Part shown: positions 44,653 through 59,500 of the stretch, piece by piece
Numbering within the stretch: position 1 is the stretch's first letter
Layout of the letters: every line of letters starts with the position of its first letter
Origin: Eledone cirrhosa
Taxonomy: Eukaryota
Assembly: GCA_964016885.1 (NCBI GenBank)
Contig: OZ024742.1
Location: 58,714,001-58,778,000 of the forward strand
DNA: 64,000 nt
Direction of reading: 5' to 3'
Notes under the pieces: model-generated
Databases searched by the model: none
What the model was told of the DNA's origin: nothing
The model's input: the letters and a program-made list of their open reading frames with translations, nothing else
Program-made: the position numbers and the translations under genes

Positions 44653-44708
<56 letters not shown>

Positions 44709-44771
44709 ATATATATATATATATATATATATACTATATATATATACTACATATATATATATATATATATA

Positions 44772-44841
<70 letters not shown>

Positions 44842-44860
44842 CTATATATATATATATATA

Positions 44861-44944
<84 letters not shown>

Positions 44945-45176
44945 CATATGTATATCCTGTTTTTGATTGTGTAGGTCAGAACAAAGGAGAGATAAAATAA
45001 AAACCCAGTCACTAAGGAGGTCACAGAATGTGTGACGAAAGAGCTTTGACAATATATAAACAACCATCCGGTTATCGAACCAACCAAACAATCGAAAATT
45101 TATAATAGACTGAATTGAAAATCAACAGGTGCGTGTGTTTTTATTGGCAACCTGTCCCTCCCAAAGTATAACAATA
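44945..45176 (+). mobile_element. Partial pseudo-LTR of the 41535-43005 PLE family, opposite orientation
   Basis: Reverse-complement similarity to 41535-41770; degenerate hammerhead GTCA-CTAAGGA-GGTCAC..GTGAC-GAAAGAGCTT-TGAC at 45008-45050. Confidence 0.8.
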
Positions 45177-47889
45177 TCTGTTTCAACACACGTTTTCAGG
45201 TAAGAAATCTTGCAAAATAAATTCAAAATATATATATAGTGAGAAAATATATATATAGTGAGAAATATATATATATATATATATATGTATTTGAAGTGTT
45301 ATGTTAAAAACATGTTACACGAATAAACTGCCAAAGATTTTGGCTATCCGTTCATTCAGTTTGCTGTAATTAGAATTCGACCAAATTTTCTCGTATTAAT
45401 TAATTTCTCTAGAATCGTGTTGACAGAGATATTCCTCGATATAAGAAATAAGTAACTGTGTTATTAATTAATATTTTTTAGTAATATTTTAAATTTCTTA
45501 TATTCTATTTCTAATTCACATGAAAGATGTGCATCTAGAAGTTTGTCTCGCTATCATACGATCTTGGATTCAACTCCATAATGATTTCTTATTTCATGTC
45601 TGTGGGTATGAATGCATGTGTACGTGAGTGTGTGTGTACGTGAGTGCGCTCGAATGTTGTGAGGTGGGGTGCATGTTACAAAAGTTGTGAATATATCCTG
45701 GTAAACTTTCTCATTAATTATAAATAATTGTTTCTACTTTTGGCACAAGGCCAGCAATTACCCAGTGCATTACTGGTACTTTATTTTATCGACTCCGTAA
45801 GGATGAAAGACAAAGTTAACCTCGGCGGAATTTGAACTCAGAATGGCAAGGGCCTATAAATAATGGTAAGGTGTGAGGACTGGGAGAATCTTTAGAGGGT
45901 CAGACAAAAAATGTTGTAGCATTTAGTTACGGTCCTTTACGTTCTGAGTTCAAATCCCGCCGCGGTCAAATTTGCATTTCACCCTTTCCGGGATCGATAA
46001 AATAAAATACCAGTAAAATATTGGGTCGGTATAATTGACGTTCCTCTTACTCCCAAAATGCTGGCTGTGTGCCAATGTTATGATGAATTAATTATAATTA
46101 CCTACCGCAATCCATCTTATATTACAAGCGTTCTAAGGCTAATTTCCCTGCTAAAGCAGGGATTGGACTTTGTGGACCCTAACATAAGCTTCATACTCAT
46201 CATAAAGTCCTTGTTGAGGCAATGTCTTACTATGCTGAGGTGTGGGGATTGGCAGAATCTTTAGAGGGTCGGACAAAAAGCGTTGCAGTATTTAATTACG
46301 GGCCTTTATGTTCTGAGTTCAAATCCCGCCGCGGTCAACTTCGTATCCTTTTTCCGGGATCAATAAAATAAAGTAGCAGTAAAGTATTGGAGTCGGTATA
46401 ATAGACTCGGATAGACCCAAGCCTTGTGAATGAAATTGGGTCAACGTAAACTGTGTAGCAGCCCGTCAGATGAACTATACTTGCAATTCAAAGGTCCAAC
46501 CTCGTCACACATTGTATCATGCTGAATCTCCCCAAGAATTACGTTAAGGGTAGACGTGTCTGTGGAATACTTTGGAATCCATTTACGCGTGGAATCCATT
46601 TACGCATTAATTCACGCGCTGGACGTCCATGTCCTGTCATATTAAATATACGATAAATACATCTCCGTCGGTTTCGATGATCAGTTCGACCAAAGGAACG
46701 TTCTATTCATTCAATTAAAATCTAAATTGTTTAGTATTCCGAATACACATTCGTCATAACGTAAATATTCAGGAGATTCAATGCAACACAGCATGTGATA
46801 AGATTGGCCCTTTGAATTTCTAGTATATTCCATCCGATAGGGTTCCAATCTACCTGATTTCACTCACATTTATATTATATTTTATTTGTTTTAAAATTTA
46901 TTAAAAAAATATATTTTTACTGTTTTAATCACATCCTATCAGTCTTATTTATTGTTTATTTCGGTTTTATAATTTTTAATATCTTTTTTTTAAATATATT
47001 TTAATTGTTTTTCATGATATTTTGGGCATACAATTTGACTTACCACAAATGTAGATGATAACATACAATACCAGATCTGCCTTCACCCCTTTGTTAGAAA
47101 TAATTTTAATTAATATATATTAATATAAGTTTATGAGCAGTAGATTGGCAGAATCGTTAGAGCGTCGGACAAAATACTTTGTGGTATCTCTGAGTTCAAA
47201 TCCACCGAGGTTTTTTTTTTTTTTGTTTTTTTCATCTTTACGGGGTCAATAAAATAAAGTACCAGTAAAAAGCACTGGAATAGATTTAATCGTCTTGCAC
47301 TTCTCTACTTGTGCCAAAAGCAGAAACAATTATTATTATTGACCTCGTGCCTAAATTAGAAACCATTGTTGTTGTTGTTGTACTGGGGTTGATTTAATCG
47401 ACTTTACCCTCCCACAAAATTGTTGTCCTTGTGCCTAAATCAGAAACCATTACTACGTTTTTTTTTTACATTTAGTTATGACCCCTGAGTTCAAACCCCA
47501 CCGAAGTTAACTTTGCCTTTCATCCGTCCAGAATCGTTAAAATATGCTATCAATTAAGTACTGGGGGGGGGGGGGGATTTAATCAACTTTCCCTATCTCT
47601 TCAAATTGCTGGCCTTGTACCAAAAATTAGAAACAATTATTATTACGTTTTTTAGCAATTACGTGAATTTCATCAAATAATCAATTTCTTGTTTTTCCTT
47701 CTCTTCCCCTCCCATTCTTTCTCTTCTTCACCCCCCCTCTACACCTTGCTTCCTCTCATAAATTAAAACTGTCAACAAAACTGCGTCCATCTTGTTGAAA
47801 TATATCGCGGATATTGAGATTCATCTTTTGTAGGAAAAACACGTGCGGTATACATATTACTCGTACATATACACATGTACATATATATA

Positions 47890-47967
<78 letters not shown>

Positions 47968-48319
47968 GAGTGTGTGTATGTGCACGTGTGTGCACGTCTG
48001 AATACAGAAAAACGAAACATGTGGGATGGACAAACAAAGGCATCTATCTTCCTCTTCCCCTACTCCCCCCACTCTTCTCACTCCTCCGCCTCCCTGGGCA
48101 TAAATGTGGTTGCACGACTGCTTGAACAAGCCGCCGGAAAGATGCATAAGAGACCACACAACAACATAGAGATAGAACAACGGGGTGTATTTCGACTAGA
48201 ATAGCAAAGTGAGTACAAAAATGCACGCACGACCCCCCCCCCCCCCGCACACACACAAACGCACACCCACTCACACAAACACAAACGAACACACACATAC
48301 ATGCATCCCCCCCTACACA

Positions 48320-48409
<90 letters not shown>

Positions 48410-48712
48410 CTCTCTCTCTCTCTCTCACACATATATATCCGTGTATATGTGTTTAATTTAGAGAATTTAAGCGTTTGCTGTGGTGATCAGCAACTTAAAA
48501 GACCTTGATGGTAAATACAAAGTATACAAGATATATTTAATTTTTTCATACAATATACAAACTATTTCAGCTGCCTAGAGAATATATATATATCTAAAGA
48601 GACTACATTTCTGGAAACAACTCTTAAACTTTTGCAGTAAAACCAAGGAAACACAAAATTACGTTATTTACAGAGCATCAGTGTAGTTAGGAAGAGAAAA
48701 ACACACATTCAT

Positions 48713-48757
<45 letters not shown>

Positions 48758-48863
48758 TACACCCACACGCATTTATATTCCGAAAATATTTATGCTCAGC
48801 TCAAAATGTAATGGTGGTTCATTCAATTAATGTTTGAATGTTCTATCTACACTTGTAAATAGA

Positions 48864-48934
<71 letters not shown>

Positions 48935-48999
48935 TACAAACACATGCTAAAGGGGCTAATTTATATACATGTGTGGATAGAACTATATATATATACTTG

Positions 49000-49033
<34 letters not shown>

Positions 49034-49116
49034 ATAATAATAAATTTGAAGACTAAAATCCAAAGAGGGCTCAATAAGGATAAATATATATCAAATATAT
49101 AAGAACCGTAGAGCAA

Positions 49117-49265
49117 ATATTTATTAAAATAACAGATTAAAGTTTCAGCAAAGAATCGCTGCTTTCACCCTTAACGGGATCTTCTGAAACTATCTCAGAA
49201 GATCCCGTTAAGGATGAAAGCAGCGATTCTTTGCTTAAACTTTAATCTGTTATTTTAATAAATAT
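49117..49265. repeat. Near-perfect ~70-bp-arm inverted repeat with 7-nt spacer
   Basis: Arms at 49117-49187 and 49195-49265. Confidence 0.9.
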
Positions 49266-49474
49266 ATATATATATATAAGTATGTATACGTACATACATA
49301 TATGTATACAGACGTACAGTAGTATGTATATATATATATATATATACATACATGCACACATATATATATGTACGTATGGGTTTACTGAACATTTATTATA
49401 ATATTCAGTTTGTTTGTAAACAAACAGCCCGAATTAAGCCGTACAGTGTTTAGCAACCATCGTTGACAAAGGAA

Positions 49475-49515
49475 CGATGTACTAGTTTCAAGCTTATTAG
49501 CTATCGTCAGCACCG
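49475..49515 (-). ncRNA. Type I hammerhead ribozyme, intact core
   Basis: CGGTG-CTGACGA-TAGCT AATA AGCTT-GAAAC-TA-GTA-CATCG; GUA triplet; ACTAGT palindrome. Confidence 0.8.
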
Positions 49516-49905
49516 TATACCTTCCTGTCAGATGATCGAACGTCTGAAATTATATACTTTCCTTATGCATATTAATGGCTGAGCAGCCTAATTTGCATAT
49601 CGAGTGAATTAATCGGCCGGGCGCACCGAAAACGGTAAATGGAAAAAAATGAAACGAAATTTCATTTCTCACTCTTAGTACGGCTGTTACTTAAATATAA
49701 GTATGTATACGTACACACATATATGTATACAGACGTACAGTAGTATGTATATATATACATACATGCACACATATATATATATGTACGTATGGATTCACCG
49801 AACATTTATTATAATGCTCGGTTTGTTTGTAAACAAACATCCCGAATTAAGCCGTACAGTGTTTAGCAACCATCGTTGCCCTTTTGTTCAACACTGACAA
49901 AGGAA

Positions 49906-49946
49906 CGATGTACTAGTTTCAAGCTTATTAGCTATTGTCAGCACCG
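49906..49946 (-). ncRNA. Type I hammerhead ribozyme with core mutation
   Basis: As 49475-49515 but the core reads CTGACAA (G8 to A). Confidence 0.65.
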
Positions 49947-50152
49947 TATACTTTCCTGCCAGATGATTGAACGTCTGAAAGTATATACTTTCCTTATGCA
50001 TATTAACGGCTGAGCAGCCTAATTTGCATATCGAGTGAGTTAATCGGCCGGGCGCACCGAAAACGATAAATGGAAAAAATGAAACGAAATTTCATTTCTC
50101 ACTGTTAGTACGAGAAGGGTGAGAAATGAAATTTCGTTTCATTTTTTCCATA

Positions 50153-50223
<71 letters not shown>

Positions 50224-50499
50224 GAAAGGAGGTGTGTGGTTACTAAAAACAAGGTTTAGGATGGTGGTTTGGACGGAACAAAAGGAGAAAAGAAGAAAGA
50301 ATCCTTCGTCAGCTGTAATCCGCGATCCAGATGTTTCGGCGCTTATATATATATATACACACATATATATATAGTGTATGTGATTCAGTGAACTACTGTG
50401 GTGGTACCAATATCACCATTCGATGCACAGGCAGAGTTTATACATTAAGAAACAAAAACGCGCGTAACAGGTTGATAAACAATAAACACCCCCCTCTCT

Positions 50500-50584
<85 letters not shown>

Positions 50585-51503
50585 GATAACAAGTTATCGT
50601 TATAGGTAATCCAGTTAGAGGTTGTGAGTACTCTGTATTGTGGATAGTTTTAACGTACGGCGTTGTTTGACTCAACAAGGGGTTTCCGTCGTTAGGTAGT
50701 GAGTTCGCTAGAATTCCTATACAGGTTATTCTTGGAGTAATAATAGTGAAAGATTGAAGAATAACATGGTCGGCTGTACAAAAAGGTTTTATTTCTAGCA
50801 TTAACAATTGTTTCATTGATCAGGTGAATCTAAAGGCCGCTAATCACTCGAAGTTGCGTCACTCGACCTTAAATACAGTGTTAACCTCTGATCAAATCAT
50901 CGGAATACTGGAGGTTTTACATATGGCATTGGTATATATAGATACAGCGGAGAGTCATAACAATAACATCAATAATAAAAGATAATAATAAAGAAGTAAA
51001 GAAGTTAGAATGAAGATGATACAAACGAAAAATAAGTAAAATAATAATAAGTACAGAATACGATAGCTGAAAATAGTGGTGTTGGTGGTGGTGATTAAAG
51101 TTACAGTGCTGAGTAAGTGTATGTTTAAAGACGTGGTGAGGGTGGAGATAATACTAACATGAAAAGCAACATTAAATACATACATACGTGGTGGTCAAAT
51201 CTCAGAGGGTTAGAGTAGAAAATGAAAAATAGTAACACATGACAGATAAAAGATAATAAATTAAAAATTATATAGTGTAGGTACCACTGTGAAATATTGG
51301 TGTTGGTACCAAATCAAGCACTCTATGCACAGACAGAGTGTATATAAATACATACACGAATCCTTAATTGCTCGCGCCCTCACACAAACACGCACACGAA
51401 TATCGGTAAATACACACATACGTCCACACACACAAAAATTAGGGCCGATGCCTATATATACCTTCTCGGCCCACATACCACAACAAAAATCTTTTGTTGC
51501 AGC

Positions 51504-51586
51504 ACCAGTCCGAGGAGCAGATCAATACTGGAGTAATTTCTATGGGTCACCTTGAGCTAATCCTCTGCGAAACGCGCGTAACAGGT
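51504..51586 (+). ncRNA. Type I hammerhead motif with large loop II and a core variant
   Basis: ACCAGT-CCGAGGA-GCAGA-(42 nt)-TCTGC-GAAAC-GCGC-GTA-ACAGGT; palindromic ACGCGCGT stem III. Confidence 0.6.
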
Positions 51587-51632
51587 CGATACGCAGTAAG
51601 TATTTTTCATATGTAAACGAAACTTCCTCGTT

Positions 51633-51676
<44 letters not shown>

Positions 51677-51781
51677 AACGAGGAAGTTTCGTTATATATA
51701 TATATTCATTTAGGTTTGTTTGTTCACCACTGGATAGAACTGGTCATTCCGTATAGTCAACCTATATATATACAGTATATG

Positions 51782-51850
<69 letters not shown>

Positions 51851-52039
51851 ATATACATATACATTACGGAAATGTCATTTAGACAAAGAAATGGAATAGC
51901 TGAGAATAAGGATTTTATACACAATCATAAGACCATAGATTAGCTGGTGTGTGTGTGTGTGTGTGTGTTGGGGGGGGGGGGGGGGGGGGAGGAGGGAGGG
52001 AGGGCACAGTCAATTATCATTTTTACATCAATTCTTAAA

Positions 52040-52260
52040 TAATGATTTCTAGTATAGGCACGAGGCCAGTAATTTTTTTTGGGGGGAGGGGAAAGTCGAT
52101 TAAACCGACCCCAGTGCGTTACTGGTGCTTTATTTTATCGACCCCGTAAGGATGAAAGGTAAAGTTAATCTCGGCAGGATTTGAACTCAGACCGTAAAGG
52201 GCCGTAACTCTATGCTGCAAAGCATGGCATCCCCCCTCTACTGATACTGCCAATCCACCA
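52040..52260 (-). mobile_element. SINE, main family (long variant)
   Basis: Full motifs. Confidence 0.85.
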
Positions 52261-52281
52261 TAATAATAATAGCTGTTATGT

Positions 52282-52705
52282 CTTAAATACCAATACAGAG
52301 TAATAGAGAATTGGTATGAACATGTGCCTCGCAAAGTAATGCAGAAGGATGGGAATGCAACGATATTCTGGAATAATTATTTCCTGACTGATAAAGTAAT
52401 TGAGTATTGCCGATCGAACATTGTCGTATTGAAAAAGAACGACAAATACTGTCAGATTATAGACGTGGCCATTCCAAATGACATGAATATTGCGAGTAAA
52501 GAGGTTGAAGAAATCACCAGGTACTCCGAATTGAAAGTGGAGATGATTAAGACTATTTGGAATGCGAGAAGGTAATGTGAAAGTGATACAAGTTGTGATC
52601 GGAGCATTCTGAAAGCGTTTGGGAATATCATGCAAGATTGGTGTCATAAAAAAGCAGCCTTGCTAGGCACTGCACACGTTTTAAGGAAAGTATTATCTGT
52701 CTGAG
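52282..52705 (+). pseudogene. R4/Dong-clade non-LTR element, restriction-like endonuclease domain (disrupted)
   Basis: WYEHVPRKV...TIFW...TDKVI...RSNIVV...CQIIDVAIPNDMNI..KE.E.I.RYSEL, then frameshifted VKVIQVVIGA and KAALLGTAHVLRKVL. Confidence 0.8.
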
Positions 52706-52807
52706 ATCCTTTTTTGTGACTTGACAGAAATAATATTAATCAACATTCTGAACTGGACGTTAAAAGAACTCGGAGAACTTGAAAAACAAGAAAAATAATG
52801 ACTGTAT

Positions 52808-52892
52808 TTAGAATACACCACCCCGAATCAGATATAGAAAGATTATATCTATCACGAACACAGGGCGGAAGAGGCCTTATGCAACTAGAAAA
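52808..52892 (+). pseudogene. R4-clade RT thumb-region fragment
   Basis: RIHHPESDIERLYLSRTQGGRGLMQLE matches the HP.SD.ERLY..R..GGRGL motif. Confidence 0.7.
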
Positions 52893-53919
52893 ATAATGGA
52901 ATGTTAATACAAGTAGTCATAGTTTATGATATGAGGATATCTCCCTCCCAACGGCCAAGGATGTACTAAAGAAAGCTATGAGCACAACCCTTCCTTTCAT
53001 GACAAAACAATTTTAAAAAATCCTCACTACGCCCAATTTATGTCAATAAGCTATGCCAGTATTACTATAGCAATTAGATTTATTTAAAAGTAATATTTAA
53101 TTTAAATATATTGCTTCTGAACAATGTCAGTTAATATTACTAGATATTAGTAAACTATTACTCCAACGGGGATTGAACCACAATGGTTTAATACAACAAT
53201 AAGACAGCTAAAAGAACAGCTCAGCACTGCCCTTTTGGGACATTGTTTTAATCTATTTCGTTGGCCAGTACCATACATACGTGCTGTTATATATAATGAC
53301 TGTTCCTGACTAAACCAAAGAATGCCACAGACTTTCCAGTTTGTAACTGAGACAGTTTCATAATATGGAAAAGATATTTTCCCAAGAAATCTAATGTTTA
53401 AGTATATACAAACTAGTTGGTTTTCTGGTTTTCAAGTACTTAGCTCGTAAAATTCACTCTCAAGAGGAGACAAAGCACATTTATGAATTCTCCGGACACT
53501 TTGATTTATTGAACAGAATTCTAATATGGTAAATGGGAAGAGACAGAAATTTAAAAATAAATGAAGATAGATAAGAAAAAAGTGAACCCCAAGAGGAAAT
53601 CTGATATACATATCATAGCATATGCTCTACATATTTTCTTTTTATATCTTAATTAGTGAACAATGGCATCATTGATTACATGTTTACAGCAGTCTAATCA
53701 CAAAACCAATGAATATTTGAAGATGAGGATGACAAAGCAAAGGAGTGTCTGTGTAACACAATATAAAGCAATCATTACAAGGTATTTCGTTCAAAAAGAA
53801 CAATTTTTCTGGTTTTTTTTTACCATCGAACCCCCCCCCCCACACAAACACACACACAAACAGACACACACACACATGTGTGGTGGTCCTAGTGGTATTT
53901 AAAGGCAGAATCGTTAGAG

Positions 53920-54114
53920 CAGCCATGTCAAAATGCAGCCGGCGGGCCGTATGCAGCCCTTTACACGCACACTTGCGGCCCGCACAAAGGTTTTTACAGT
54001 GCCAGCATGTTTTATCTTCGTAATATAAAATCTAAAAAAGTTAGTTGTCGTGTGTGGCCCCCAGACAACACATATGTGGCCCATGTGGCCCTCGGAGACA
54101 CTCAGTTTGACATG
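53920..54114. mobile_element. hAT (Charlie-like) MITE remnant nested in a SINE
   Basis: CATGTCAAA ... TTTGACATG termini with internal GCGGCCC/GTGGCCC repeats. Confidence 0.6.
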
Positions 54115-54484
54115 TATTTATTCCAGTTCTTTAAGTTCAAACAGCAACACTGTTGACAAACTGTATCGTTCTTTGCCTTTGTCATTATCAACAATAGTGA
54201 CATAGTGACAAGGAGGGGAGTAAACTTGTTACATGGTCAAATAATTATATATATATATATATAAATATAATATAATATAAAAATATATAATATATATAAA
54301 TATAATATAATATAAAAATATATAATATATATAAATATAATATAAACAAGTATTGCACCAAGAAAAATAAAACGTCGACGCATATATATATATATATATA
54401 TATATGCATCGACGTTTTATTTTTCTTGGTGCAATACTTGTTTATATTATATTTATATATATTATATATTTTTATATTATATTA

Positions 54485-54522
<38 letters not shown>

Positions 54523-54575
54523 CAGTAATGTACTGGGTAATTTTCTGACCTTGTGCCAAAATTAGAAACAATTAT

Positions 54576-54616
<41 letters not shown>

Positions 54617-54617
<1 letters not shown>

Positions 54618-54803
54618 ATAATTGTTTCTAATTTTGGCACAAGGTCAGAAAATTACCCAGTACATTACTGGTACTTTATTTTATCGACCTCGTAAGGATG
54701 AAAGGCAAAGTTAACCTCGGCGGGATTTGAACTCAGACCGTAAAGGGACGTAACTATGCTGGAAAGCATGGCGTCCGACTCTCTACCGATACTGCCAATC
54801 CAT
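54617..54803 (-). mobile_element. SINE, main family
   Basis: Full motifs; its 3' end is mirrored at 54518-54578. Confidence 0.85.
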
Positions 54804-55387
54804 GTATACACAATAATGATAATTCTGAAGGCCAGATGTGGGTATTCATAATTCATTTTATTCAGAATCTGCCCGTAATACACATTTCTGTGGCATTCAT
54901 GATTACACAATGAAGTCATCACGCAACCACTAACACGATTTCATCAGGCAGTATTTTAAGTGATAAAATTGTTATGTAACATTCATAATTTAATACAGGC
55001 TAATGATACAAACAGTTGAACGCTTAATTATGTGAAGAAGTGAAGGCTTTTACTCTATCGGCAACCTTCGGGATATCCCTTCACTAAGAGTACATTCAAT
55101 GGATCTTCTTACATGTGAACACATTTAATCAAACTAATTATGATGATAAATCATCATTGTTGGCTGGAAGATAAAGAGGAAAAGAATAGCGTAAATCCGC
55201 GTTTTCCTGTGAATGTCACATTTTCTGACATAAAGCTGCGATGTGATTCTCTAATGGAACCTGAAATATCACCACTACCTCAGTGGACTCCACCGTATGC
55301 TTCTTCTTTCGTCACATCGGAAGGATTGTTGACCTTGTGTCTTTCCCCTAACCCAAAATTGAAGGCCTTGTGCCTAACTCAGAAACC

Positions 55388-55456
<69 letters not shown>

Positions 55457-55896
55457 TGTATATATATATATATATATATATACTGTATATATATATATAT
55501 ATATATATGAATTTTTTTGCAAAGTTTTGATATGAAATCGTGTGTTGAAACAAATAATGTTATATTTGGGGAGGGTCATATTGTTGTAATATTGCCAGAA
55601 ATAATGATAAAACACACTCACCGTTTGGTTTGGATTGGTTTTCGCTTCTGTATATTTTATATCCCTATAGTTGATTTAGCTGGCAATCAATGTTTATCAT
55701 TGATTGACCAACGGTGAAAATATATATAAATATATATATATATACAAATAAAATACACAGTTATTAACTCATATTGATACCCTGCAATTTTAGACACAGA
55801 ATTTACTGTGTTTATTTCTACGATAAATTATGTGCTCAAAGGAAAAGGAATCCTGAGCTCTTTAAAATGCAATATGTTGAAAGGGTAACCCACCAG

Positions 55897-55931
<35 letters not shown>

Positions 55932-56059
55932 GCGTGCTATCAATAAAACAGGGAGAACCACCAGTGTATGGAATCTATAACCTATGGAAGGCAGGGTAGA
56001 CACACAATAATTAAAAATATAAATTAAAATGTATATAGGCACCTCTATAACTATATAAC

Positions 56060-56142
56060 ACACGCGTACAAATCCAAAGAGATCTGTTTCGCCAGGAAAT
56101 TGTTGACTGAAATGGAATCGCCTATGGGTCATCAGCGCGTGT
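56060..56142 (-). ncRNA. Full type I hammerhead ribozyme
   Basis: Reverse-complement copy of 56235-56317. Confidence 0.8.
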
Positions 56143-56234
56143 AACAATACATTCCAAACAACTCTAAGAAAATCTAAGACAATCTAAGCAGCTCGTCCCT
56201 TAGATACCACTGGTTCACTGTCCTACACTGTCTT

Positions 56235-56317
56235 ACACGCGCTGATGACCCATAGGCGATTCCATTTCAGTCAACAATTTCCTGGCGAAACAGATCTCTT
56301 TGGATTTGTACGCGTGT
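56235..56317 (+). ncRNA. Full type I hammerhead ribozyme
   Basis: Stem I ACACGCG/CGCGTGT; CTGATGA at 56242-56248; long stem II (CCA..AGG/CCTGG); GAAAC at 56287-56291; stem III ACAGATCT-CTTT-GGATTTGT; GUA site at 56308-56310. Confidence 0.8.
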
Positions 56318-56514
56318 GTTATATAGTTATAGAGGTGCCTATATACATTTTAATTTATATTTTTAATTATTGTGTGTCTACCCTGCCTTCTATAGATTAT
56401 AGATTCCATACACTGGTGGTTCTCCCTGTTTTATTGATAGCACACGATCTCCCTCTCTCTCTCTAGTATGTTACCCTTTCAACATATTGTGTGTATATAT
56501 ATATATATATATAT

Positions 56515-57050
56515 ATAGTCTATCAGAGTTCTTTCATCACACACCTGTGACATCATCAGTGGTACTATTATGTTTCCTCCTGTTGTATTGTAATGTCTAT
56601 ACTATTATTCATTTATTTATTTTTGTCTCTGCGCATGTGTGTTTCCTGTTTGGTGTGTTTTCGTGTCTGAGTGTGTGTGTATTTGTATTTTATCTTTGCT
56701 CACTAGTGTGTGTTTATGTGTGGTTGTTGTTATTGTACCTGTGTATGGTTGTTGTTATTCCATTCATTTTTTTCTGTTTAACTTCGGTTTTCTTAGTTCT
56801 ATTTCAGTTACTTCTCTGATTTGTCTACCTGTTGAGTCATTTCTATGTTTAGATATTATTTTAATTTCTATGTTGTCTATATTACCGTCATGTTAACCGT
56901 TTTTTTTGTCCCCATTGTTGGTCTAATCTTTCCCCTATGCTCAGAGCTGTCTCTCCTATGTATGTCGTTGTCATGTTTCTGTAAGTACCCTCTGTATATT
57001 TTATGCTATAGACTACATTTCTAATTTTAGACAATATTATAACAATATGA
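56515..57050 (-). mobile_element. Decayed Penelope-like element related to 41535-43005
   Basis: Remnant KIRNVVYSIKYTEG...YIGETALSIGER; hammerhead ACCA-CTGATGA-TGTCAC AGGTGT GTGAT-GAAAGAACTC-TGAT at 56522-56563. Confidence 0.75.
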
Positions 57051-57064
57051 CTCTCCCTAAATAT

Positions 57065-57109
<45 letters not shown>

Positions 57110-57141
57110 TTATTCCTGATGATTTCTCACTAGTCCTGTAA

Positions 57142-59500
<2,359 letters not shown>

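Larger units (their letters stand above)
49277..50150 (-). mobile_element. Tandem dimer of a ~431-bp hammerhead-bearing unit (retrozyme/pLTR-like)
   Basis: Two direct copies (~49277-49695 and 49696-50112) plus a short inverted stub at 50119-50150; flanked by TA arrays. Confidence 0.85.
55870..56487. repeat. ~260-bp inverted duplication with 88-bp spacer
   Basis: 55870-56144 is the reverse complement of 56233-56487. Confidence 0.9.

Noticed and set aside
50303-50343. Permuted hammerhead (GAAAC...CTGACGA, minus strand)
   Set aside because: Stems I and II pair poorly and the sequence is truncated by a TA tract
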